Source: Microthyrium microscopicum (lineage: Eukaryota). From it: a DNA stretch of 64,000 bases. This document shows positions 25,621 to 36,455 of the stretch, one piece after another; positions within the stretch are counted from its first letter, which is position 1, and each line of letters begins with the position of its first letter. The translations under genes and the position numbers were made by a program. The stretch lies in contig MU004234.1 in NCBI GenBank assembly GCA_010405405.1, forward strand, positions 4,671-68,670, read 5' to 3'. The notes beneath the pieces are model-generated. The model did no database searches and was not told the origin of the DNA. It saw only the letters and a program-made list of their open reading frames with translations.

Positions 25621-26943
25621 TTACTTGTAATTACTAGAAACCGGTCCTTTGAGCCCAAAGCAATTCGCAAAGTAAACGACTGTACTCGCCCAATCACTAA
25701 ACATGCCCTTGACACCAACCTGATTAATCAACACATCAAGCACATTATACATCTGGCCATCATAGCTAAGAGCCGGCGCAATAGACGAGTAGTAATACTC
25801 TCCCGTGGCCAGTACCTTAGCTAGCGGTCCACTGCGATCAAATGACCAGGACACGATATCAAGGCCAACTCGTTTCGCCTCAAGGGCATATGGCGAGGGG
25901 ATTATGGTTTTGTTGTCCGGGGTCAGTGTGAGGAGGTAGTTGAAGGGTGGACTGATGATGTTCACGCCTTTCGCTTTGATACCTGCGAGTGCGGACACAG
26001 AGACGTTGTAGGTGGAGGGTGTGTCGCCGGACTCGTCGAGAAAGACTGCTTGTTTGCCAAAGGCGGGAAACTCCTTGAGCCATTGGTAGATATCTGGGGG
26101 GTTGAAGCTCTGTGCCCATACTCTTGAGGGATCAATACCACGGTTGATGAAAGCGTTGAGCATGTCTCGTGCATACTGTTCCTGTGTATATCCTTTGAAC
26201 GGCATAGGGACTTGGGCCGGTGGTGTCTTGAGTTCTGGTGTGAAATTTCGGTAGCCGGGGAGTGAGTCGACGAGGGTTATGTAGCTGTCGAGCGTCATGA
26301 CTGTACCACAAGTGTCGTAGAGCTCAGTGCGCCAGGTTGGAGTGCCATATTGATAATCTGCTGGTGTTTTGGCAGAAGCGTTGAAGCCATCCTGCTTACC
26401 ACAAAGGCTAGTGTATTCAGCGGTGGTGATATCGCTTGTGCAGCAAAGCGCATTTGCGGGTGCTGTCCCATTGGCAGGAGTGAAGGGAATTGTACACTTC
26501 TTGGCAAGCTCAGGTTTGAGCAGGATGTTGGTGGTGGTGTGTAAATCGCATAAAGAATGGCGGCAGACTAGTCCACGGTCTCCAGTGAATGATACGTCGC
26601 ATTCTAGGACGCCTGCTCCCATGCGGGCTCCGGCCATGGTTGACTCGACGGTCTCTTCTGGAAATTGAAGAGTTCCACCACCACGATGGCCAAAGACGAA
26701 GGTTGAAATCTCAAATGGACCATTCTCGCAAGACTGAAGTTTTGTCTTGAGAGGCGATGCGGTCATGTTATTGATGATATAAAAGGGGCGTGGACCAAAA
26801 GAAATGTAGTAATTGGACTTGGCTAGAGGTGCCTCAACGGCTGTATGCCTCTTTGAGAGGCTTGAGTCCAAGATCTGGGGTAAGCCATTGGCAATTGAAG
26901 CCACCAAGGCTAGACTCAAGAGATTAACGATAGAAGAAGACAT
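25621..26943 (-). CDS. Secreted glycerophosphoryl diester phosphodiesterase (GDPD)
   Basis: Signal peptide; GHRGG...FPEET, GAGVLECDV, LVCRHSLCDLHTTTNI, PELK, GMFSDW motifs; no intron. Confidence 0.92.
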   Translation of the reverse strand: MSSSIVNLLSLALVASIANGLPQILDSSLSKRHTAVEAPLAKSNYYISFGPRPFYIINNMTASPLKTKLQSCENGPFEISTFVFGHRGGGTLQFPEETVESTMAGARMGAGVLECDVSFTGDRGLVCRHSLCDLHTTTNILLKPELAKKCTIPFTPANGTAPANALCCTSDITTAEYTSLCGKQDGFNASAKTPADYQYGTPTWRTELYDTCGTVMTLDSYITLVDSLPGYRNFTPELKTPPAQVPMPFKGYTQEQYARDMLNAFINRGIDPSRVWAQSFNPPDIYQWLKEFPAFGKQAVFLDESGDTPSTYNVSVSALAGIKAKGVNIISPPFNYLLTLTPDNKTIIPSPYALEAKRVGLDIVSWSFDRSGPLAKVLATGEYYYSSIAPALSYDGQMYNVLDVLINQVGVKGMFSDWASTVVYFANCFGLKGPVSSNYK

Positions 26944-27928
26944 TTCCAATGATATCAATCAGGGATCTTTAGAATCCTCAAGGTTTGATATAGATTGCAG
27001 ATAAAAGATGCGCGACCTGGATCATACTTGTACCTGTTTTCTTACGCTTATCGAATGAACTTGAGCAAGTTGCATGACATGAAATCCTACCTTGTTTCTG
27101 CAGTCATGGTGTGCAAGTCTACTGCTTACTTCCACACGTGTAAAAACAGATGCCATTGACTGACTGGCAGCAAGAATAGGCTTGCAGTGCCAAGATGCGG
27201 TCCAGAAGGATGAGATCTTGTTGGAGCTATCCAGAGCTGCGTGGTGTTTGTGAGCTCTTTGATACGCCAGTTGGGAGCTCTCGAAGCATCATTCAGCCTC
27301 GCATCAACGATCTTCAGGCACCCTTCCGACCGACACCGGATGATGACCTAGGGAAAGCAAGTTGCTTGAAAAAAGAAATGAGTCTCGAACAGCTCATCTC
27401 GACTCGACTTTGAGAAAAAGTAGTGGGGCTGGCGCTGAGAGATGCATGGGTGAGAAGCTAGGAGTTCCTGGTGGTGGTCCGCCAAAAACTTGTGAACAGT
27501 TTTCCCCAGTCCTAGACGTATATGAACTCCCAAGGTTGTACAGCGATAAGGAGAAGCACAATCGATGGTGAGGAAGTCAGTGTCTGAGAATGTTGATCGC
27601 TTGAAGTTGGATTTAAGATGAAGATCGCCTTTAACAGTTGACGATGACTAAGCCCATCAAGCCATCAAGATTCGAGATAAGATGCAGGAACGCCGAACTT
27701 GCCATGACTGTAGCCACTGAATATTCTTTTGCAATTATTAAATGTATTAACTATGTCCAGATATTATGTAGAAAGAATCGTCAATGGTGCTTTTGTCAAA
27801 GTACAATGCATGAATGATGAGAGAAGTAGTCCTGAAAACCGACATGCTGAATTCTCCATGCTGATTTACCAAGCTACAAACATCAGGAAACTCCAAACCA
27901 ATGCAATATCCATCGTATGATTATATGT

Positions 27929-28439
27929 CTAGTTGTCACAAGTCTCAACCTTGTACTCAACAGTCTCATTGCCGGTCTTCCAGACCTTGGGCTTGAAGTC
28001 CAAGTACACAAGCTATAAGGCGTCAGTCAAACCATTCAACACCACAAACCGTCGGATTGAGCATACCTCTCCCTTCTCGGGCTTCCACTCGCCATTAGTG
28101 TCGCGATAGAAGACAAGCTCTCCGCTTCCTGAGTCACGGACTTCAACGGTGGTGTGGCTCAATGCACCATCCGTAGACCACTGGATGTTGTAGCAGCCGC
28201 CCTTGGTGACGAGGAAAGGCTTGGTGCATCGCACGTTCTTGTCGGCATCGATACACTTCTCGACGGCATAGTCCATGACTGAGCCAGATGAGATGGTGTC
28301 GGCTATGTCAAAGGGTCGTTAGCAAATTGTACCGCATGTTGTTGTACCAATGTTGATGGTGTGGATACGTACAGTTGGAGAAGACGCTGGTCAAGGCCAG
28401 TCCGGCGGCGAGCACATTTTGGGCGTTGGGTAGATACAT
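27929..28439 (-). CDS. Small, probably secreted protein (about 130 aa, 4 Cys, 3 exons)
   Basis: Exon 1 MYLPNAQNVLAAGLALTSVFSN; GTACGT and GTATGC donors with TAG acceptors join ...DYAVEKCIDADKNVRCTKPF...KPEKGE-LVYLDFKPKVWKTGNETVEYKVETCDN*. Confidence 0.8.
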
Positions 28440-29439
28440 GATGATTTGCTTGAACGATTGATGAAATTGGTGAGAGTTGGTAATTACAGGAAGAGAAGAA
28501 GATGAAATGAAGTTGGAGACGATGGTGAATTCTATGGTTGCCTTGGACTTAGAGGCCCAGAAGGAGGCAGGTACCTGCTGGCTATGACGCTGATGACGCA
28601 GTGCGCGGCTATACTGAGGCCAAACAATGCAAAAGAGTTACGTTTCGCAAACGGGGAAATAGGTAGTAGCGCGCCTATTTCTATATCTGCTTTGGGAATT
28701 TAATAGTTATACAGAATCAATATATTGAAGGTGGGAAATGGTGATATGCTGGGGTTGATGTTTGTTGTGGTGAGCATTTTGGTACCTTTCACAGCTCTCA
28801 TGGTACAAATCACACCAAATCCACATGGCTAGTAGTAGCCTACCACTTCCCCAAGCTGTAAAATATCCGGAGCATGTTTGCTTCTATTGTGACATCCCAA
28901 AAGATACTGTTTTTTGGATACCTTGCATTTGCAATACTTCTTGACTTGGGAACGCAAGTTGTGATTGAAATGTGAAGCTCTTGCAAAGGTTTGTTTGCAC
29001 CTTCTCATGACTCGACGGAAACTATCTCCAAATGCTACACCAGGTCCTCAATTTACCAATGTGATATCCTCAATATACGCAGCTGATTGAATTCTCCTGT
29101 TCACAGCAGAAGCAACAAATAAACAATCGAGGAAGGTAATGATACTCGATAAAAGAAGGCAAAGGAGATGGAAGATAGAGTAGCACTCGACGATGATGAC
29201 GCTGCATGCATCCACTTGCTGCCCTGGCCGGAGCTTCCTGCAGCCATCACATCCTCAATTGATTCGTCCTTCCCCCAATCTACAATCTGCAACTGTCAAT
29301 CAAGTACTTAATCGCCTCTTTGCCCAGCCGAATCTCCTCATACATTTTCTCCATCACTATACGCAACCTTAGCAACACGCTCCAATTCGAAACCATACAC
29401 TAATACACACATACTCGAATCCATCCAACCTCCATCACA

Positions 29440-29721
29440 ATGGCCCAAGAAAACCTACCACAAACGCCAGCCCCAGTTGTCTCAGTCAGAAAAGGCGTTG
29501 TCGAGGACATGCAACCTGCTCCTCGAGAGCCCATGAGCATGCGTGAGTCTAGTCTACCAACTTCTTCACCCGCCATGCTAACCATCTCAATCGCAGGTCC
29601 TCAACCCGCCCAGACTCCAGTCGGCGGTCTACGAGGAGGCGGTGACCGCGGCGGAGCCTGTCCAGGTCGCTTTTGCTTCTGCGTTCCATGTCCCATCCCT
29701 TGCGATTTCTGTATCATTTAG
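29440..29721 (+). CDS. 75-aa protein with LRGG motif and Cys-rich C-terminal tail (54-nt intron 29543-29596)
   Basis: GTGAGT...GCTAAC...CAG intron; spliced product ends QPAQTPVGGLRGGGDRGGACPGRFCFCVPCPIPCDFCII*. Confidence 0.8.
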   Translation: MAQENLPQTPAPVVSVRKGVVEDMQPAPREPMSMRESSLPTSSPAMLTISIAGPQPAQTPVGGLRGGGDRGGACPGRFCFCVPCPIPCDFCII

Positions 29722-29935
29722 AGCAGACGACCAACGAAACGAATATATCCTCCATCACGATCCTAAGAGATGGATATAACGGGCTTATCAAGATGAAGTT
29801 TTCGGCGTTGACACGACCATGACGGGTTTGACTCCATCCAGCTTTACCCGCAGATAGGAATAATGAACATATATAATTGATGGTTTTGGGAATGGTGTTC
29901 TCGAATTAGTGCCTTGCCACGAAAAATCATTTTTC

Positions 29936-31372
29936 TTATCTTATCCGTTCAGCGAACCTCATCTCTCCCCTTCCAACATCGAACACCGCAACCACACCCT
30001 TTAAGAATGACCCTCCCAATACGGATCTTACTCCTTTGCCTACATTTGGTGCATTCTGAATCCCGCTCACACATAAATCGCCTGCGCCTACAATCATCAG
30101 GTCCGCCGGATCAAAATGCACAGTCGCATTGCCAAACTTGACGCCCACTTTTGCAGGTTTGGTGTTCTTGCAATCAAAGAGGTATTGGCCCGTAAGCCAA
30201 TCGACGCTCACCGGAGGCGTGAATTGAGCATGAATCGCTCGCGCAATTTCTTTAGGTAGGTAGGATACCGGAGAACCAGAGTCGATAATTACCTCCGCGC
30301 CCTGAGACATGGGAACGGAGTTTATGCTAAAGCCACTGGTGCTAGTCACGTAGAACAGGTAGTCCGTTATTCCATCGGCATCCGGTGGTGTTGGTGCGCG
30401 TGGGCTTATAGATAAGTGCTGCATCGGCGCCCTCGCAAAGTTCGCTGAAAACTTCACAGCCTTGCTTTGTTCAGGCAGACCACCGAGTGCCAATACACCA
30501 GGTCCTTCCTTTGGCCTATTCACTGCCAGACTAAAGATCGGCTGTATCAATTTCTGGCGATACATGTTCGTGAAGATGGGCGGGTATGGAATACTCGTGC
30601 CTTTCTTATCTTCTCTCGGGTTTCCTGGTTCTCCTGGATACGCATTCGTGATACTTGGAAATGCCATGCCCATCAACCCAGAAGTAACTGCGTCACCTTC
30701 CCAGGATGCGAGATCTACGAAGCCAAGAGGCTGCTTATCAATCGTGATGTTACCGATCGTCACGGTTTCTGTTGCCATAGCGCCGGACGCGAAAGATTTA
30801 TCGACATACGAAGTGTTGAAATGGCGATCCGGGATTGGTTGGTATGTACTGCTTTTGTTGTAGCCATTTGCGAATTTACATTTTTGCGGGGAGATTGGTT
30901 CGCGTCGTTTGTTTACGCATTTTAAAGAGGATGTTATGAACCAGGTGTCAGAGCTGCCGGTATCGAGGAGGGCGGTCAGAGTTTGAGTGCCGATTATTAT
31001 GGGGATTGTGAAGATGGTATTTACGTTGCTTAGTTGGACGCCTTTGACTGGTACTTGAGTGCTTGGAAGATCCGCAGTGTTTGCTTCTAGGAGGAGTAGG
31101 TCGAGATATCTTTGGCTCAAAGAAATTCCAGAGTGGCTTGTAAGCTCGAGAGTGTTTGAGGATACTGTATGGATTTAGTCTTCAAGATTGAGACCGCTGC
31201 ACATTATACAGGACGTACTGGTATCTAGAGGTACTTTCAAGCTCAATGCTTTGGCTTCACTCAGAGATATATCATATTTTGAGCTCTGGCTGTCTACTCC
31301 GAGTTTGATGAATTGAGTACCTTGAGCCCCTAGACCTAGTAGAAAGAGCAGAACTGCTAGCGTTCCATGCAT
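29936..31372 (-). CDS. Secreted pepsin-like aspartic protease (A1), 2 exons
   Basis: Signal peptide MHGTLAVLLFLLGLGAQG; catalytic LLDTGSSDTW and IIDSGS motifs; GLMGMAFP; VLGGSFLK..VAVFD. Confidence 0.92.
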
Positions 31373-31689
31373 TATAAAAAGCGGATCGCGCTTCAATTTG
31401 TTAGATACAATCCTATTCGTATTTCAAAAACAATTGAGGATGTTCCAAATGACTTCCATATGCCATCGTTTTGCTCAGAATCAAGGAAATCCGTAGAGGA
31501 TTAACTGTATGGTAGAACTTCTCTCATTGAAGTTGAAAAAAATTATAATGTAAAAATAGATTGCTTCCACTCTATTCATCCATCTTATCCTATCTTCGCA
31601 ATCACTTCCATTTTGAACTATTCAGTCCACAGGAACTTCACTCAAGATCTTCGTATTCTTAATTTAATACTCTAACTCAAAATCAACCT

Positions 31690-33479
31690 CCTCCGGCCCA
31701 TTTCACCGCCAACAGGACTATTCAATGCCAATTTCTTGATCAATTCCATGCCCACTCGCTCCACCAGTCATTTTACTACCATAACATTCAGGAAGGAAAA
31801 CGACTTTTCGGAATGCTTATTGTCCCACTGGTCAGAATCAGGTCAAGGACGTTGCCCATAGATCCCTCTATCTGGGTATGTAGCAAGACTGTTCCGCAAA
31901 GCTCACCAGCTCCATCTACTACGTCAAATCTCGCTAGCTGAGGGTTCAACGAAGGGTACTCGTGTCTCTTGTATGGCAAAGCTGGCCAATCACTGCCTTT
32001 TCGTCGCTCCACTAGACTGTCAGGCGCGAGATGTAGGGCCACAACGAAGGCACAGAAACCTAAAACGTATTCGGATAGATACTTGAGGGTTATGAACGTG
32101 TTTTCATCAGATTGTTCAGTGTTCTTTTGACTGCCAACAATAGCTTCTCCGAATTGACCAGGATGCATTGCCTGCGCAAGAACAGAGGTACAGTCGTGCC
32201 AATCCAGCCGCACCCGCTCCAACTGGCAGAGCCCTCTCGCCTCGTCAACGCTTTCTCTGGTCGCCAGAGCAGGAGACTGTCAATGTAGCACATTGGAATC
32301 CCATATTGCATCTCAGTGTTCATTGCTTGTACAAAAAGTTGGCTGACACCAGCGAAAGCACGCAAAATGTCGGTGGGAAAAGTCCGGGCTCAGTTCATTT
32401 CGTGTATTGCGGAATCAAGGAGCGGTAGTCGGCATACGTGTAGCTGAGTCCTAGACGGGAGGCGGAGGAATTGCCAAAGGTGGCATACAGGACGTTACCG
32501 TTCCCTTTGGGCGGACCGATCCAATATATACCATGTCCTCGTAGAAGCAGGGGGTTGAGCATTGAAAGTGGACACGACCGTTGAGAAATACTAGGAGATG
32601 GGGAGCAAGAAGCCGTTCTTGGAAACAGGAGATTGTTAGTTGGTAGCGCTGGATATAGAACAAAAAAACTTACGTCCAGGCACAGGCTATTGTATGTTGA
32701 ATCTTCGAATTGTTTCTTCCGGGTTTCGCTGTGTTCTAGCTCGACGAAAACTCGTGGACCAAACTGTGCTGAGGACTGTGGGGGTCGCTGCGAGGGAGTT
32801 TGTAGAGCCAGTACTCCATGACTGGCATTGTCGCCATCTGCTGCTACTATTGTGAGGTATGATTTGCCATATACAGCACCCAGTTTGAGAATCCAATGAA
32901 GTTTAGTATCTTCGTCATGCTAGGTGACACTCAGCACATCGAACCATAGATATCGCTATCCAATACCTTCGACGACTACCATAGCATCTTCGACAGTTTT
33001 GGGGGTTGCGTTGAACGAAAGGTACGAAGGTAGATCTCACGCTCTAGCCCTTTTAAATTCTCAGCTAACCGGGTACCAGATCTGCATACATAAGTTGCAT
33101 ACGACACAAGCGCCTCATTTCAACCTCAAAGAAAATTCCTTTGCAAATACACGGCTCTTTGTTGATGTAGCGCGGCCTGCTAATCTTGAACTCGTCCCTG
33201 GTACGCCGAATAAGATGGAAATCTGTGCTTCTCCAGAACTCCATCAGCATTCTACAGCGGATACAGAAGTGACCGCTATGTATGATTGCTTCAGCTAGTG
33301 GAGTGGTGACGTTCATATCATTGAGGGCGGATGTGATGCTTTTGTAGTCGACTGTGTTGGGATCTAGGCCGTAGAAGCGGTCGGGTGATGGGCTGATTGA
33401 TGAGTTGGCGTAGTGGGTCGGATCGAAGAGCAGTGGTTGTACCTATTCGGGCAGGCTGCCTTCTAGACTTTTTGGTCAT
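31690..33479 (-). pseudogene. HET-domain (heterokaryon incompatibility, PF06985-type) pseudogene
   Basis: Fragments PKTVEDAMVVVEGIG*RYLWFDVLSVT*HDED, VYGKSYLTIVAADGDNASHG, FQERLLAPHLLVF..RVHFQC, DILRAFAGV, YGIP...SLLLW, SASWSGCGW; multiple stops and frameshifts. Confidence 0.85.
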
Positions 33480-34263
33480 TGTTGAGTCAAGTCGTATTTT
33501 AACGTCTCTTTCCCCGTGCTCCTTACCATGCTGTTATGTGGTAGGTTGTCGTCCCGAATCCACATCCACGAAGGAGGGATGCTAAGTCCTAAATTGTGGA
33601 GTCATAATATATTTTATTTTCTCATCTTCAGATATGTCTGGCAAGGCTGTTATCATGTATATTTGTGCCTTTCAAAAAGGGACAACACTTGACAACGCCC
33701 GATGCTATTTAAAGCATTCACAAGGCTGACCTCGTAAAAAGTAGACTTTTCGACCAATCACATCGCAGATAACCCAGCCTTGCCCTATCGAATTGCCACC
33801 CTGCTTTGCAAGGAAAATGTTGGTGGCGCAGTTGCATGCGACTCAAATTCGATCCGCTGAAATGGCGTTCGAATGGCGACATGCAATGTTTGAGATTCGT
33901 CAAGGCTCCTACCTGAGGGCGATCTGACAGGTGGCTGTGGTGAAGAAGCGACAGCAGTACGGAGCCCACTTTCAAAAGTCTGTCCTGGCGCTAAAAACAC
34001 TGGTCCAAAATAACGCCCTTGGCGGTAATCTAAAAGCTTCGTCTCACTAACGCTCAGCACGACTCTCACTAATGTTTAGTAGGCAAGCCACAAGACAATA
34101 GTGCGTGCTTCGCTAGCAACAAGGCGCACTAACATAAAATACGCATAGATTTCAGGCTTGGCAAAACGCCTCAGGACAGACTTTTGAAAGCGGGCTCCGT
34201 AAAGCAGCAAAGTCTGCTTTTGGATTCAAAATCTGCATTGAATATTCTGTGAGGCTTGTGAAA

Positions 34264-34949
34264 ATGGTAATAATCCTTGTGTAGATTCGTACATGTAGAT
34301 CGCTAATCGACCAAGGTCCACGCAGAAGCCTCAACCTTCACCCGAGGTCTATCAAAGAGAGAAGTCTACACTCAGCTGTTGGAGCAAACTTCTGCGCTTT
34401 TCGACAATCGGCGTAACTGGGTCTGGTTCGTCAAGGGAATCCCTCGAGTCACTCATCGTGTCTAATCTCAGCCATAGCAACCTGGCTAACACAGCATCGA
34501 TTTTATATCATGCGCTTCATTCACTTCCTGCGCCGTCAAATGCGGTGAACTGGGCTGGATTTTATATCGTGTATCCCACGGACCCGCAAACGCTCGTGCT
34601 GGGTCCTTTCATGGGCCATGTAGCATGCCAGACTATCGCACTGGGTAGAGGTGTCTGTGGAGCTGCCGCAAAAAAAGCAAAGACGCAACTTGTTGCGGAC
34701 GTGGATGCATTTCCGGGACATATTGCCTGCGATGGAGCGAGTAAAAGCGAGATCGTCGTACCTATTGTGAAAGATGGGCATGTAAGAAGAGCACTTCCCA
34801 ATCAACAGATATGATGCTCACTGTGTTAGGTTGTTGCTATAATCGACATTGACTGTGCCGAACTCAATGGGTTCGATGGACAAGACCAGGCTTTCCTCGA
34901 ACGGTTAGCAAAGACACTTGCAGACTCCTGTGACTTTCCAATGGACTAA
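34264..34949 (+). CDS. GAF-domain free methionine-R-sulfoxide reductase (fRMsr, yeast Ykl069w-like), 4 exons
   Basis: M-VHAEASTF...RNWVC-NLAN, VNWAGFY, LGPFMGHVACQTIALGRGVCG, FPGHIACDGASKSEIVVP, IIDIDC. The first coding exon is only the ATG. Confidence 0.92.
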
Positions 34950-35112
34950 GAATCGTGATGCGTAATGGTTGTACATTAGTTATAGACATAAAATCCGCAA
35001 TCCTAGTCTCGAAATGCCGCTCAAATTCAACCGAGTCCATATCAGCGCCGGAATTTTCGTAGATATTCGTACATTTCACCACACCACCAGTGCTCTCTCA
35101 GATATGCGCAAA

Positions 35113-36006
35113 CTACTTGATTGTTGGCGGCGTCGATCCAGCCACCGCTGGCGGATCGTGATGTGCTGCCGCACCTCCGTACGAAGTGTCATAACTAAAT
35201 TGCTCTTCTGGCAAAGCATAGTCAGCTCGCTCGCCATATGCAGCGTTTGGCGCCGTATATTGTTCGAGCGCAATACTGCTTCTCGAATCCGAGTAGGCGG
35301 GAGCATTGTAAGGTCGACCGGGCGCGCCAATGCCGACTGGTTTCTCGCGATTGTCTGGCATTTGGGCGTATTTGCCTCGTGAAGTCGTCCTCCGCCATAC
35401 CACTATATCCAGAATCAAAGCTGCGACTGTCGTCACACTGTTATCACGTCAGCATATACATATGCAAAGTCCTAGGGTCTAGCATACGATCCAAGCATCG
35501 CAAACGCGAATAGCGCCTTATATATCCGACACACCATAATTCCCACTGGCCCAGTCCAGTTTTCGCGATTGCACACATGGCCTAACGTCGCTCGCGTAAA
35601 GAACCAGAGATATCCAAATGACGGCACCCAAAGTAAGAATAGAACCAGGTTTCCAATCATATTTATACGCGGTGAAAGACCGATGCAAGCATATACTAGC
35701 ATCGATCCGATAAGGAAGAAAAATGTTGACAGCGACGCCGCTAAGAGCTACAACAACACACCATCAGCCTTACGATCCAACTTCGAAGTATAGGGCACGA
35801 CTTACGATCCAGAATGTCCTCGGGGGATCAAAATCTTCATGAACGAGATTCCAGATAAAGTAAAACATAACTGCCATAACGACCAGGCTGGAGAGCGCTT
35901 GAGCACAGCGGATGGCGTGGAAGGCGAGACGAGGGTATGGCGTTGGTGCCGTGCGCGCTCGCGCTCTCGCTTGCGGGACCATGTTAGATATGTTATTGAA
36001 CGGCAT
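35113..36006 (-). CDS. MARVEL-like four-TM membrane protein, 3 exons
   Basis: FHAIRCAQALSSLVVMAVMFYFI; HVCNRENW...MVCRIYKALFAFA; AALILDIVVWRR; introns with GTAAGT/GTATGC donors link three ORF pieces. Confidence 0.8.
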
Positions 36007-36455
36007 GTTGACGATTCGGTATCGCTCTGCGGGGTCTGGAGGAGGGTAAAGGAGTGTGTTGTTTTTCTCAGGCTGTTGAGAGGGAAGGGGGTGAGCTTCA
36101 GCTGAAAGGAGATGAAACCGTCTGTGCTTGGCGATCTCAACTGCGCCTCAGCCTTGTCTCCCACGCCATATACTTCTCGTGATGAACGTTGCATTCTAAA
36201 TACGAGGGCGGGTATAACTTTTAGTGTTATTATTTTAATGAGTTCTAGCAGCCATATCTCTGATCAGGCTTATGCAGTGCTCGTCAAAGAGCTTACATAA
36301 ACCCGAATGCGACAAGAAAAGTTACATCAGGCTGAGGCTCAAAAATCTCAATTTGAAAACGTTGGAATATGCGTATTCTGATCCTTATCAAGCCATTCTA
36401 CATGAAATCAAAATAAACTCATAGATCTTACAATGCGTATATACAAAAGACCAAA

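Noticed and set aside
33718..34069. Overlapping minus-strand ORFs upstream of the GAF gene
   Set aside because: No ATG-initiated gene structure or recognisable motif; probably promoter DNA.
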